From assembly GCA_951406725.2 (NCBI GenBank), contig OX597825.1, forward strand, positions 43,338,001 through 43,402,000: a DNA stretch of 64,000 bases, given 5' to 3'. The position numbers were made by a program, and so were the translations under genes. The notes under the pieces are model-generated. The model was not told where the DNA came from, did not search any database, and saw only the letters and a program-made list of their open reading frames with translations. Positions 26,300 through 40,142 of this stretch are shown here, piece by piece. The stretch's first letter is position 1. Every line of letters starts with the position of its first letter. This stretch comes from Octopus vulgaris. Its lineage: Eukaryota.

Positions 26300-27325
26300 C
26301 GTTGAAAATCATGAGAGGCGTTAGAACTTTCGTTTTACCTAAAAAATGAACAAAAGAATTTGCTTTTGATTTCATGTATGATACCCAGGCCGAACAGCAT
26401 GGAGGAAGTGCGGCAACTGTTTTTACAAAGAAGGCGAAATTAATGACAACGACAAGACGCATGATAGGTGAGAGCAGAAACCACTGCATGACAAATATAT
26501 GGTCCATAGCAAACAAGCTGATGTTGACCAGAAGTAGACCCATCAGTTGCTGCGAAGCTCAGGGCTAAAAAGAGTGAAGGCTGCTCAAAATCAAAGCTTA
26601 TTAACTCGGAACTACCAAGCCAATGTAATGAAATATGGAGTATATCAAAAGTGTTGATTCTGTAATGATGAGATTGAAACAGTGAGCCACTAAATCAAGA
26701 CATTACGGAGTTGGCTGGTATCTACACTGGCTAATATGTCGGCATTATAAAATCAAAACATTTGACTAGTGACAAAAGCATCACCCTAAGGCTGTAGCTG
26801 ATGGCGAAAACTACCGATTCATTGCAATTTCCAGAACTATCAAAGTTAATAAACAGGATATTATTGTAAAAGACCAAAATAATAAAATTTATTTAATGAT
26901 CGTTATGAGTATCCCTTGTGATTATAATATGTCGGTAAAAGAACTGACAAGCTCAGAAACCATAAAGATTTACTCATTGAAATCGAAAAAAATGTGGCAT
27001 GTCAGGCAGTTGCAATACCAGTGATTGTAGGAGTTCTAGGAATAATCAAAAAGGTACATAAAAAATATTTGAGAAATGATTTCTAGCCTACCGTCCCTAC
27101 AAGAAGAAAAAGAAATTGTTTTAACTGGTACGTTACACGTATTGAGAAGAGGATTGTCGCTGTGAGAACAATTATAACCCATGCAAATAATTTTTTCGAC
27201 ATAACTTTATTTGATTTTCTACATAAACAGTCTGGTATTTGAATGTATCTCGTGAGTTTTTTTTTTTTTGTTCTAGGTAAGGGAAAGTTACTCGACTAGA
27301 AATGGAAACAAAATTGAAGACAAAT
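26300..27325 (+). mobile_element. Old R4/Dong 3' fragment
   Basis: EQKPLHDKY..AAQNQSLLTRNYQ..C.FCNDEIETVSH..DIIVKD..SIPCDYN..IPVIVGVLG..TGTLHVLR; ends at (AAT)n. Confidence 0.8.
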
Positions 27326-27335
27326 AATAATAATG

Positions 27336-27371
<36 letters not shown>

Positions 27372-27376
<5 letters not shown>

Positions 27377-28190
27377 TCTCATTTACATGGATGATTTAAA
27401 GCTCTTTGCAAAAAATGAACAACAACTCAAGGGCTTACTAACGATTGTTAAACAATTCAGCGATGACATCAGAATGAAATTTGGCCTCGGTAAAAGCACA
27501 AAAGCTACTTTTATCAAAGGGAAAATGACAGAAACATCTAACGTTTACCTTGACCTGCAGAATGTCATAAAAGAGTTAGACCCAACAGGGAGCTACAAGT
27601 ACCTAGGGGTAATTGAAGGGGACGGAATAAGGCATTCAATGATGAAGGAAAGGATCAGGAGAGAATGTTATCGCAGAGTAAGAGCAATACTCAAGATATA
27701 GCTGAATGCGAGAAACAGGATCGAAGCGATCAATGCTTTAGCCATACCAGTCGTGACTTACAGTTTCAATATCGTTAACTGGTCAATTACTGAAATATGT
27801 AATCTTGACAAAAAAATACGAAAACTGTTGACAATGCATAGAATGCACCACCCTAAAGCAGATACAGAACGACTTTATCTGCCAAGAAAAGAGGGAGGCC
27901 GTGGACTTTTACAACTGGCAATAACAATGAAGATTGCTACAATTAGCCTAGACACCTACCTGAAAAACTCTGAGGACTGGATGTTAAAACTTGTCTCAAA
28001 ACATGAAAAGAAGAAATCATACTCAGTAACAAAACAGGCAAAGGAATATCTAAGTCAATTCCGAATACAACAAATTTCGGAATTAGATACACAAAGCTAA
28101 GCGCATGAAAACCCGTGCTAAAACTGCGGCCTTAGATATTCTGAATGATAAATGGCAAGAAAAACCTCTCTATGGCAAATACCCAACAAC
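27372..28190 (+). mobile_element. R4/Dong RT fragment starting in (AAT)n
   Basis: NNLIYMDDLKLFAKNE..MKFGLGK..YKYLG..AINALAIPVVTYSF..MHHPKADTERLYLPRKEGGRGL..WQEKPLYGKY. Confidence 0.9.
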
Positions 28191-28844
28191 AAAAATAACA
28201 AGAACACATTTTCACAACCAGAAATAATTTCCACAGACACCGGTTCCATCACATCCCAAAGTTAAAGAACCCTCATACATATTTCCCTCATATATTATTT
28301 ATTTATTTTTTTTGGTTCAGCTAGTTCTTGAATTTTTCCATCCACTGTTAGCAAAAAGATTTCTTTTTATGGCGCTATCCACGTCGGAAAAGCTTTTGCT
28401 GCTGTTGATATCACTCTCCCACAGAAGGAGTCTAAATTATGTATCTTCATAGGCGTAGCTATCTCAGCAGACCAGAATATTACCTTCCCCACCACCTATA
28501 TCGGATGTCTTTCTTTTCCTCACTCCTCTTAAAGAATCATTAACAAACCCTACGCCATGTGACATTTCTCCACCTCTTTTGATTCACAAGTCTCACATAG
28601 AAGATAATATATGTCACAGAAATACACGTAACGAAGACACTGGCAATTAGTTTAATGCGGAATGAAATATTTTCTATCCCTAAGAGTAAAGAATATTGAG
28701 AAGAATACAGAGAGAACAAAACATAGGGTGTTACACTGATGTGAAGGGTGTTTCATATCTATATCATAAAATCATATTGATTCAGCGTACAATCCAAAAC
28801 CTCTTGTATTCTGAAACAAAAGAAAACATTCTGTTAAAATATTC

Positions 28845-29057
28845 TTTTCTGCTCTAGGAACAAGACCCGAAATTTTGCGGGAGGGGGCCAATCGATTAGA
28901 TCGACCCCAATACGCAACTGGTACTTAATTTATCGACCCCGAAGACATGAAAGGCAAAGTCGACATCAGCAGAATTTGAACTGAGAACGTAAAGACAGAC
29001 GACATAGAGTTAAGCATTTCACCCAGCGTGCTAACGTTTCTGCCAGCTCGCCGCCTT
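28845..29057 (-). mobile_element. SINE monomer (family of 20263)
   Basis: Reverse complement: GGCGGCGAGCTGGCAGAAACGTTAGCACG...GCCTTTCATGTCTTCGGGGTCGATAAATTAAGTACCAG. Confidence 0.85.
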
Positions 29058-29639
29058 CTAATTAAAATATTGCAAAAAGAAACCATGTGTGCCAAAATAA
29101 TGAGAAATCATTCTAAGGGCACAGCACTTAGATTGTCGGCTTATATAATACTCTGTCTCGTCTCTATTCAGAGGAGAGGGGCATAAAAAATCGGTTTAAC
29201 GCTAATTATTAAGTTAAAAACATTAAAGAAGCAGCGATATTGTGAAACACGTTTTATAAGTTTATATTGTAACAGGTAGAAATACACAAGTATTGAGATA
29301 GTAACTTATATACATATACGTATATAAAGATCTTCACATTCAGAGAATTTCTCATATGAAATGCATCAATGCTTAGACATATGTATACGTCAGTAGCTAC
29401 TACAATCACGCGTATGTACATTTATTTACATATACCTCCATATACAGTAGCAGTCATAATATAAGGGTCGTATTGAAATAGTTATTATAGAAGATTAACA
29501 ACACGTTGAGACTAGATATTTTACGCCTATTTGGATATATCCTATATCTGTCTTACGTAAAAGTTTCAAGTGAATGGAATTAATATTTCCTAAGTTATGG
29601 GGAAAGTTAAGGGCCACTTAGAAAAACAATGAAAACAAT

Positions 29640-30100
29640 GGAACAAGGACAAAAAATAAATCCTTACTATTAATATTTTGTGAACATCCCTTTACTATCA
29701 ATGACCTCCTGACATCTGTTATCACAAGACTGAATAAATTTCTTGCAAAATGATGGAGTAATATTGTTCCATACTTTTTTTCAATAATTCCCAGAGTTCA
29801 TCTTGTTTCTCTGGACTTTTCCTTCGTGTTCCTTCTCCAATAATCTTCCAAACGTTTTCTATAGGGTTGAGATCTGGATTTTGAGTTGGTCAGACCATGA
29901 AATCAACCTGTTCATACCTCGAAAAATCTGTGACTTTTCGCAACGTGACGGGGAACGTTGTCCTGCACGAAAATAGGAGATTGAGCTGACGTGGATCGGA
30001 GATGTGGAAGAGCATGCTATCTAAGAATCTGCTTGTATGTTTCAGCATTGACAGACCAGGACCAGCAGCAGTGATCACTCCCCATATCATTACACTGCCT
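29640..30100 (-). pseudogene. Tc1 (DD34E) transposase C-terminal relic
   Basis: GGSVMIWGVI..GPG; VQDNVPRHVAK; PTQNPDLNPIENVW. Confidence 0.8.
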
Positions 30101-30279
30101 CCTATATATATGACAATGAAAGTTATGATGTTTAAATATCCGATGAAGGACACTTCTTTCATAGTTAAAAGTCGGCTCTCTCTCTCTCTCTGTTGGTGAG
30201 GAATTTTAAAACATATATATTCATATATATTCATATAAACATATAGTCATTCATGGAAAAGTTTGTTATATATTTATTT

Positions 30280-30351
<72 letters not shown>

Positions 30352-30423
30352 CACGCACATATATATATATATATACATACATATGCATGTATACGCATGT
30401 ACATATATACATACATGTTTATG

Positions 30424-30504
<81 letters not shown>

Positions 30505-30573
30505 GCAGACAAATAGTCAGACAGAGATACACAGACTGACAGATAGACAGAAAGATAGTTAGATAGATAGATG

Positions 30574-30664
<91 letters not shown>

Positions 30665-30665
30665 T
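30280..30665. repeat. (TCTA)n ... (TAGA)n tetranucleotide tracts in opposite orientation, with TA/GA/GACA tracts between
   Basis: Read directly from the sequence. Confidence 0.9.
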
Positions 30666-31274
30666 ATTTCTCAATGTTCCTGTTTCTCCGTAGGCTTCAA
30701 ACTCTTCCGTCAAAATGTTATTTTACTATACTAGAAGTTTTGTTGATATTTCTTGGCAGAAACCACTGGGAATGTGCGCTTTTGATCAGAAACCAAGGTG
30801 ATTAACCGTTTCAAACCCACTGGCTATGGTTCATGCGTGTGAGTGTTTGCAGTAATTCCTTCTAGCTGGCCAATAATCTATGAAAACATATGACCGTCTG
30901 CCAATTATTTCCCACTATTGTTTATTTCACCTTCACATCAGATATTGAAAGTAGCCTTAATTATGTTTGACAATGTTGCTTTTTGGCTGGCAATCTTGTT
31001 ACTACTCTCTAACTCCGTGACAAATATTGAAGAAAAGTATATATTATTTATATTCTTGTTAGTGGATTCATTATGCCTGATCTTTACGTTGGCATTTTTA
31101 GGATTTGCAGAAATCTTTTTTTCTTCTTCTTCTTTTCTTTTACTGGTACTTTCGTCCAAGTCATCTCACACATGTAACAATGCATACACTCTTCATTTAC
31201 AACATACCAAAATTAATGAAACTCACATTCAATCATATCACTTACACATATAGCAAGGCATACACTCTTCATTC

Positions 31275-32950
31275 ACAGTACGGGACAGACAAAATGGGTT
31301 GAAGCAGGGAACATTGTATTGTCTTTTGAGTTCGCTGGTGTTTGGGTGTGGAGAGTCTAATTATGGGGTAATACGTGAATTTCTGTCTGTGTGTTTAGCT
31401 AGGGTTAATAATTTTTCCCGGGTGTTTCTGGCGGTTATATACCTTGAGTGAATAGATTATATATGGCTTGTGGGGTATTCCTATCGAAATAAATGTAACG
31501 ATGTTTAGTAAAAGTTCTCTGTAATGGCCCGATGTCATTTGGGTATTTTTCTTTTAAGTCTGTGTATGCGATATTGTCTATGTATATAAATTTTATATTT
31601 TCCGGTATGTTTGGGGGTGTTGGGGTTGCATATGGGGTGATACGTTCTTTTTTATTCATCAGTTCTACTGAGTTTATGTTGAATGCGGTTACGTTTATTA
31701 CTGTACCTGGGGGTAATGGATCGGGTGTTTGTATTGTGAGGGGGGTGCATGCGGGAGTTTCGATGTTTTTGATGGTAGTGTGTGGGGGTATTTAACTTTT
31801 TGCGTCTTTTTTTACCTCCCTCCAGTCGCTCTCTACTTATTCAAGTGCGTTTGGAATTGTTTTGTCTGGAGCGTCTCTCGTTGTTTTGTTACTTTACGCG
31901 CTATTATTGGTTTGTGTTGTTTGTCGTGGTATTGGTCGGTTCTTTTTGGGTTCCTGTGGCTTCCTCGGTTTGTGGGGGTTACTGGCCGTAAGGGGTGCTA
32001 TTGATGCTTTGTCTTATGGGCATGCGGTTTTAATATGCCCTTTCATGCTGCATTTGTAGTACCATGGCTGTCGCCCCTCCACTAATATTCTTAGTGTGGT
32101 TTCGTGCGGCAGTAAAATTTGATCTGGCAATTCTTCTAGATCTTTCTGGGTGGCCTGGATTAACAGTTCCAAGTATTGGCGCCATCATTTCTGCTGGTGC
32201 AGCTTGGTGACTTTAAGGATCGTGATTTTTACCCTCAAAGTTTAGAAGCAGCTGTCACCAACCACACCAAGTCGATTTCCAATGAGACCTTCCCTATTTT
32301 ACTCTTTGATATCCGCTCCGCTTGCCTAAATATGTTGACAGCAGCACTAGTCCTGTTGACTTAAGGGGAGATGTCGAACGCTTCTTGGTTTCTTCATCGG
32401 AGGCGAGCTTTGCTTCGAAGGTTCCGAAGAGCTTTCTTCTGGCTATATATGTTATATTTTGCCATATCGGTTTCAGGCATTTTCCGATTGCCTCTTTAGT
32501 AGTCATTTCAATATTTTTCGTTTTGAGTGACAAAGTTTTGTAAACTATTATTTACCTCTTTGTGATGGGTATTATTTCCCCAGGTTCGGTTAGTTTTGCA
32601 TTGGGCCCCTCTTTTTGTATTAAACACTTGTACTTCTCTAGTTCGTCCGTGACACCGACTACGGACTCGTTGTTCATCCCTCCATTACTATTCCGCGCTT
32701 CAACTCAGAGGTCAGTTTCCTCATTCTCTGGCATGTTCTTATCTTCCTTCGTTTGGCCAATTCCTCCAAGAAGAATTCTGGAGCTACAGATTGTGAGGCG
32801 TCAAATTCCATGCTGTACTGTTCATGTAAAAACGTTCCGATCACGAAAACAGCAGCCCCCAAACAGGGGGAACTCGTACAAGAAGCAAACCTGACAAAGC
32901 AGGCAAAGCGTCCAAAAGACACAGAAAACAGCAAAAGTTGTATAACAATT
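31275..32950 (-). mobile_element. Tx1/L1-like ORF1 relic apparently followed directly by a 3' UTR
   Basis: EAIGKCLKPIW..PLKSTGLVLLSTYLGKR..ILVEGRQPWYYKCSMKGHIKTACP (CCHC)..FIYIDNIAYTDLKEKYPNDIGPL, then CCCATTTTGTCTGTCCCGTACTGT, which resembles the family 3' UTR. Confidence 0.65.
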
Positions 32951-33459
32951 CAAAAAACAACGGTAATCCCAAAAGGGGAAACCTACAATTTAAACGAGAG
33001 CAACGAAAAAATATGTTGTTAATGAGGCATTGAAAAAGAATCCTTTGCTGAAATCTTAGTGAACCAGAATAGATAGAATATAACATATTATTATTAAAAT
33101 AATATACAATTTAGAATGTAATTGCTTCTATATAGATATTAACGATAAAATTTCGTACACTTTGACTAGATGCAAATGTCTACTTATTTAGAAGAAAAAA
33201 ATCTATGGTGGCGGTCAGTAACTGAAACTGTGTCTTAGATATGTGTCCGAAACGACCGTTAAACTTTTCTACTTTTTAACAATTTAGATATAGGAATTAA
33301 GCATATATTTATTAATGAAATTTATACTGGTCGCTTAAATCATTGTTGTCAGTTTTGGTCTAGATTAGATATGTATATATGTGCGTGTGTTTGTGTGTGT
33401 GTACGTAGATGCGTGCGTATAAGTTTATATGTATTTGTATATATAGTCATACGTATATT

Positions 33460-33513
<54 letters not shown>

Positions 33514-33719
33514 CAGGTATACATACATATATATATATATACCACCAAGAAAGTTAGGGGTTGTGGATCCAACCCACTAAGGGATAATACTTATCCAATA
33601 TACTGTTGGTATAATACCCAATTATTAATACACAAGTGTTTTTGATTGAAATGCAATTAAATTACTTATTATATTAAATGGGTGAAGGTAAAGAAATCTT
33701 TTACCATTAATTTGTATTG

Positions 33720-34421
33720 CAAATAAGAAAATGGAGAAGCACACTACTTGGTTCATCAACTTTAGGATAATAAAATATTGACTTATTTATTTATCAAAAC
33801 GACAACCATAATAACATACATATATTATATTATTCAATGCATATAAGATAATAATACAAGCAGTTATTAAAAAACATGAATATAAATTATTAAAATCACT
33901 TACGGCTGTTTCAGCCTATAGATAATAGCAACTCATTGTGCCTATATTATTTAAGTGTATTGAGGTGATAGGCAGTTGAAAATGAGGGCGCGTGGCTTAG
34001 TGGTTAGGGCATTCGGCTCATGATCGTAAGGTTGTGAGTTCGATTCCCGGCAACGCGTTGTGTCCTTGAGCAAGACACTTTATTTCACGTTGCTCCAGTC
34101 CACTCAGCTGGCAAAAATGAGTTGTACTTGTATTTCAAAGGGTCAGCCTTGTCACTCTCTGTGTCACGCTGATTATCCCCGAGAACTACGTTAAGGGTAC
34201 ACGTGTCTGTGGAATGCTCAGCCATTTGCATGTTAATTTCACGAGCAAGCTGTTCTGTTGATCGTATCAGCTGGGACCCTCGTCGTCGTAACCGGCGGAG
34301 TCTTTTTTTTTTAAAGTTGAAAATGAGGCACTTTTATGTATCTCTTGGGTTCGTCAGAGATTATAAAGTACAATCATAAAAATATAAATATATATATGAA
34401 ACAAAATACACACACATTTGA

Positions 34422-34479
<58 letters not shown>

Positions 34480-34494
34480 GTATATGTTTATATG

Positions 34495-34543
<49 letters not shown>

Positions 34544-34694
34544 ATATACACACATATACATATATATATATAGATAGACATAATTATACATACATACATG
34601 TATATAGACAAATAATTATATTTACTGGAACATACATATACATCCATATCAATGAGTACATATATAATATTTAATTATTACTAATATTATTATT

Positions 34695-34731
<37 letters not shown>

Positions 34732-35207
34732 GATAGTATGTATTCTTCTATTCACAATACATAGTAAAAGAAATTAAAATATAGAATATACTATAATATA
34801 ATATAAACATATGTTTATGAAAGATGTAAGCTTATTAATTTTACAATCACAGTCAATATATTCATATATCATGCAGTTATATATATATAGTTATTTCAGT
34901 ATTATTCTGCATACACGAATATATATGTGTGTGGGCAACAAAGACATGTATATGTATATATATACATACGCACAAATATACACCAATACATATATGAAAT
35001 TTTTTCCTTTTCATCATACAAAAATTATATACATACGTATTACAACATATTACAACATATTATGCGTAGTAAAAGTTCACAGACTAAGAGATAAGAGATG
35101 TTTATATGCATTGTATAATATAATATATGTATGTATGTTATTATGGTTGTCATTTTTAATGTCCTAAATTTGATGAACCAACTAGTGTGCTTCTCCATTT
35201 TCTTATT

Positions 35208-35208
<1 letters not shown>
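33720..35208. mobile_element. PLE-derived non-coding element with ~60-bp inverted segments and a SINE-split hammerhead motif
   Basis: 33720-33782 AAATAAGAAAATGGAGAAGCACACTA.TTGGTTCATCAA is the reverse complement of 35149-35208. Minus strand CTGACGA (34351-34357) ... GGCT-GAAAC-AGCC-GTA (~33901-33916). Confidence 0.5.
33988..34314 (+). mobile_element. Full-length tRNA-derived SINE with CORE-like segment and 14-bp TSD
   Basis: A box TGGCTTAGTGG, B box GAGTTCGATTCC, GTGTCCTTGAGCAAGACACTT. TSD AGTTGAAAATGAGG at 33974-33987 and 34315-34328. Confidence 0.92.
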
Positions 35209-35247
<39 letters not shown>

Positions 35248-35250
<3 letters not shown>

Positions 35251-35878
35251 ATTAATGAGAGAAATGGAAGATAAAGATACGTGATTCATTATTTATCACT
35301 ACAATGTTTTCGACCAATCTAGCATCAATCCATCGCAGGTGGGGTACTAAACATCTGGTTTAGGTATATCGGTCGGTGTAGATGTGTCTTCTTAGGCGAT
35401 TTTAAGGTGTATCTCGTTACAATAAACTTTGTTTCGCAAGATTTCCTCTTTGTCTTCGCATACACAAATGGCAAATTAAGGTATACAGCTTCATACTTAT
35501 AGAAGATCTATAAAAATGAATCATATACGAAAAGAAGCAAATATACAATACACCGAAACAACTATTATATACAACCGTTAGTAGATATCAACTAACGTTT
35601 GTATATAATACTTTTCCTTTGTATTGTGTATTTGTTTCTTTTTGTATCTGATAGTTGCCATTTATGTATGCGAAGACAAAGAGATCTTGCGAAGCAAAGT
35701 TTATTTTAAGGAGATAACTTTGAAATCACCTAAGAAAACGTATCTACACCGACGGATACACCTAAATTACATGTTCAGTATAATACCCGTGAGAGATCGA
35801 TGTTATTTGAGTCAAAATAATTGTAGTGAACAATGAAGATTCTCGTATTTCCCATCTCCCGTTTCTCGCATTAATCAA
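35248..35878. mobile_element. Old element with ~230-bp inverted arms and a decayed hammerhead-like motif
   Basis: TTGATTAATG.GAGAAA...TTTGTCTTCGCATACA.AAATGGCAA pairs with TTGCCATTTATGTATGCGAAGACAAAGAG...TTTCTCGCATTAATCAA. Confidence 0.75.
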
Positions 35879-35977
35879 TTACCCTACGAACACTTAGCCA
35901 GTGACAGTCCTATGCCGGCAAACTACCATGTTTATTACAATACGATTTCTTAACTATTAATGATATATATATATATA

Positions 35978-36041
<64 letters not shown>

Positions 36042-36042
<1 letters not shown>

Positions 36043-36715
36043 TCTTCTCTCTTTGTTGTAGCCCATGTTTCACTACCATATAACATTGCAGGTAGAACTG
36101 TGTTATTGATGAGGTTGGCGCGCGTGGTCCTGTCCAACCTTCCCTTGAGCACATCCCTTATGCCATTAAACACCTTCCATCTGGCCCTTTCTCTCCTTGA
36201 GATCTCCTTTTCGATATCTCGGCACATATTCACTTCCTGTCCCAGGTAGACATATTCCTTTACCTCTTCTATTTCATCACTGGCGATCACCATTCGACCT
36301 GTTGGTAAGTTGCCTGACCGCATGAACTTCGTTTTCATGCGGTTCATCTTGAGACCTACTGCAGAGCTTTTGAGATTGGTAACAGCTTAAAGAGCAATGT
36401 AGAGGTCAATGCTTGGAATCTCTTTGAGGGAGCACATCAATAGCGAGGTCATCAGAGAGAAGTCCAGCAAATTTAGATGGGCTGGACATGTCGCCCGGCT
36501 CACCGCCAATCGGTGGACCCGAGTAGTTGTCGAGTGGTACTCGCGTGAACGGAAACGACCACTCGGAAGGCCTCCACGACGGTGGAGTTACCATTTCAGG
36601 AGGGTGATTGGCATCACGTGGATGAGAAAGCGCGATCCAGAGAGGAGTGGACAGCGTGCTGTGACCAGCGGTGTCAAATGGATGCTCGCGGGACTGGTCG
36701 GTCAAGATGATCAAG
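36042..36715. mobile_element. RTE-clade LINE 3' fragment with inverted 5' part
   Basis: Minus strand 36375->36042: GLKMNRMKTKFM..EYVYLGQ..VLPAMLYGSETWATTKREE. Plus strand from 36376: LVTA*RAM*RSMLGISL..KFRWAGHVAR..RWT..GRPPRRW. Confidence 0.9.
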
Positions 36716-36774
<59 letters not shown>

Positions 36775-36775
<1 letters not shown>

Positions 36776-37290
36776 ATACAAAATGGGACGGGTCATTCGA
36801 AGTTTTCTTTCCGCAGGCAAGTACCAGATTATCTTCGCAATTTCGGCTGATTATACCTGATATTGCTCCAGTCTGGTCAGCCCCAAGGAAAACTAAGCTA
36901 GGCGTAGGTGTAGCTCTGTGGTAATTAGCTTGCTTACCAACCACTTGGTTCCGGGCTCAGTCCCATTGCGTTGCACCAAAGAAGCCTTGTGGATGGATTT
37001 GGCACACGGAATCTGAAACAAACCCGTCGTATATATATATATATATTTGTTTGTTTTTTGTGTTGTTTTTTTTTGTCATTGTTGCCTTACACATTCACTA
37101 GCTTTCTTACAAAGGGATCTAATACTCTTAGCTTAGACTTTTTGGGGGACAACCATATCTAGCCATCTCAAATGTAACTGTCCGAAATGGTCGTGACTTC
37201 TGGTACTTGAGTGAAGAAAGAAAGCTAAGAATGACCCTCTTTTTGCCTATCCTTCTAATTGTTGTTTCTCTTGTCTGGGTCTTGACTATT
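36775..37290. mobile_element. Family A segments in opposite orientations around a truncated SINE (36901-37030)
   Basis: 36790-36900 matches 930-1024; 37100-37275 matches 16115-16295. Confidence 0.6.
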
Positions 37291-38665
37291 TTTTTTTCTT
37301 ATCAGGTCGACACGCATGTATATTTGAATAATCTGTTTCAATTTTTTCCGTATCCTGTCGTAAATTAACAATCCTTTGGTATTCTTCAGCCACCACCTGT
37401 AGAGTAATTTCGAATCTTGCTTAAAGAGGTAAGAGAGTGGAGGTGTTATCGATGGCCTAGAGCTGCAGAGTGCTGGGTGTAGAACTGATCAATAGTACCT
37501 ACAATTCCGAAACATTAGATTGTCCACACCCCACAGCAAGTTCATAGTACTTGTTTATCGATTTTAGTGTACATATATACAAATAGACGCATATAAATGA
37601 GTATGCGTGTGTGTGTGCACGCGCGTATATGCAAACGTGTGTGTGTATGATAACTCGTATTTCTCTGCAAAATATTTTTAGATATAATTAATTAGTTCAT
37701 GCTCTTTAGTGTTTCGACTTTGAGATTTTCATCCGGCCATATAGTTTGGATGGTCATGCTTTGCAAGATATATTAACGCTAATATATTAATCCACATGGC
37801 TATAATATACGTGAGTGAAAGGTGGAGAGAGTAACTATCAATAAATGGCTCGGTTGATGATTTTTTTACTGTGTTCTTAATATCAACGAATAGGTAAATG
37901 AAGCGTGAGGGTTAAAGGTTGACGGAGATGGACTACGTACAGACCCCAGGCAAGTGGATGATTACCTATATCATGGTAACTCTGCAGCTTATACTAAAAT
38001 ATTTTGTCTCGTTGGCCATGGTAATAATTGGAGAAATTATATTAATTCATTAAGCTAATAAAACAATAAACTATGAAACTGCAAGCCAATAACCTGCAAG
38101 CCTATGATGAATGAAGAATTACATGTCATAGTCCTGAGATTAAATGATCTCCCGTAAAAAAAACATCCTAATTTCTATACTAGAGAGTATTTGGGGAAAT
38201 TGCATACACTTGTTCTGAAGGTAAGTTACTGATTAACCACGCCCGAAGAATATAGTAAAAGGTTATCTAAGTCTGAGCAGTGAATCGTTTGATGAGAGAA
38301 AGGTTTTTTTTTTCCTGTGAATTTTGTTAATATTTATGTAGAAACAATAACAAGTTGATAGAAAAAACATACTGAAAATGAATAACTAACATCTCTACAG
38401 TTACAGTAAAAAGGTTCTACGAGTCGAATCCAAACTATATTATGCAGAATTATGCAAAGCTGAGGGTCAAAGTTCCTTCATTGATCACAGATCAGACTTC
38501 ACACTAAAAATCAACAAAAGCATGTAATGTAATAATTGTTTCTTTTAGCAAGAATTGTTTCTTTTATTAACGAACGAGGACTAACAAACACTTCGAGGAC
38601 TGTATAAAAAGATATAGCATGGAGAAGACAAACAAAACAAAAAACTTAAAATGAAACTGTAAAGA

Positions 38666-39092
38666 GGTGCAGATGTGGCTGTGTGGTAAGAAGCTTGTTT
38701 TCCGACTACATGGTTCTGGGCTCAATCCCACTATGTGGCATCTTGGGCGAGCGACTTCTAATATAGCCACGGGCAGAGCAAAGACTTGTGACTGGATTTG
38801 GTAGACAAAAACTGAAAAGGAAGCCTGTCGTATATCTATGTATATCTATGTGTGTGTCTTTGTGTCTATGTTTGTTCTCCACCACCGTTTGACAATCGGT
38901 GTTGATGAGTTTACGCACCCCGCTACCACCAACTTACCGGTTCAGCAAAAGAACCTGATAGAATAAGTACCAGGTTTAAAATTTAAAAAAAACATGAGCA
39001 ATGTGGTCGATTCATTTAACTAAAAATTCTTCAAGGTGGTGCCCCATTATGGTCGCAGTCTAATGACTAAAACAAGTGAAAGGTAAAAGATT
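38666..39092 (+). mobile_element. tRNA-derived SINE (family of 52402)
   Basis: GGTGCAGATGTGGCTGTGTGGTAAGAAGCTTG..GGGCTCAATCCC..TGGATTTGGTAGAC..GCAGTCTAATGACTAAAACAAG. Confidence 0.85.
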
Positions 39093-39198
39093 ATCACCTT
39101 TCTTTGCCATTATGCCAAAGTAAAAATTCAACCACCAGAGTAGTTATCTCTCAGCTTGATATAAATATGTATCTCTATTTCTACCAATCTCCTTTCTA

Positions 39199-39363
39199 TA
39201 ACTCACCTAACCATAGTAGTGCATGACAATTTCAAGAGCGAGACGGAATATATTTTGTATGGCACGATTATATGAGTCTAACTCACCTAACCATAGTAGT
39301 GCATGACAATTTCAAGAGCGAGACGGAATATATTTTGTATGGCACGATTATATGAGTCTAACT
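39199..39363. repeat. Perfect 80-bp tandem duplication
   Basis: TAACTCACCTAACCATAGTAGTGC...TATGAGTC repeated exactly at an 80-bp period. Confidence 0.95.
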
Positions 39364-39378
39364 GTGTATATATACATA

Positions 39379-39414
<36 letters not shown>

Positions 39415-39503
39415 AATAGATACAAATAGATATGCTCCTAGATATGTGTGTATGTGTGTGCATCGCCAAAATAACAGATACGTAGAGATACTTGCACATT
39501 ATA

Positions 39504-39545
<42 letters not shown>

Positions 39546-39574
39546 TACTTAATATGCTTATAAATATATGTATG

Positions 39575-39637
<63 letters not shown>

Positions 39638-39642
39638 TTGTT

Positions 39643-39673
<31 letters not shown>

Positions 39674-40059
39674 ATGTGTGTGTATGTGTGTTTGATTTGA
39701 GTATGTATACATAGAGGTATTTGTGTATCCTTATACGTAACTATGTGTATGTTTCTCTATGTGCGAATATTTCTGTCAATGTACCGTATTTATGTATGAA
39801 ATATGCATATATGTATTCACAAAATCTGTAGTTAAGTACATATAATTCATTATATTCCAAGGGTGTTAATATCTGACATGTTATTTATAAATTCACAGTA
39901 AATATTTGACAAGAGGGACAGAGGCGGGTGGAATATTTGAAACGAATATCTTTATACCTCTGGAGATTAAATATTATAGCAATGCAAGATCTTGAATTGC
40001 ATAGATTAGAGAATATATCAAACATGGTGTTTTGGTCAGCAAGAATGTTGTTGACTTAC

Positions 40060-40142
40060 TTTGCATTGATAATGGAGAAGCATTTCTTTATTTGTATTTT
40101 TTAATATACTTGCAATACTATCATCCCTATCAATCATCTCTG
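40060..40142 (-). CDS. Candidate exon of an unidentified host gene
   Basis: Long polypyrimidine tract + TTGTCAG acceptor, 83 nt open frame (EMIDRDDSIASILKNTNKEMLLHYQCK), donor AAA|GTAAGT, in non-repetitive DNA. Confidence 0.45.
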
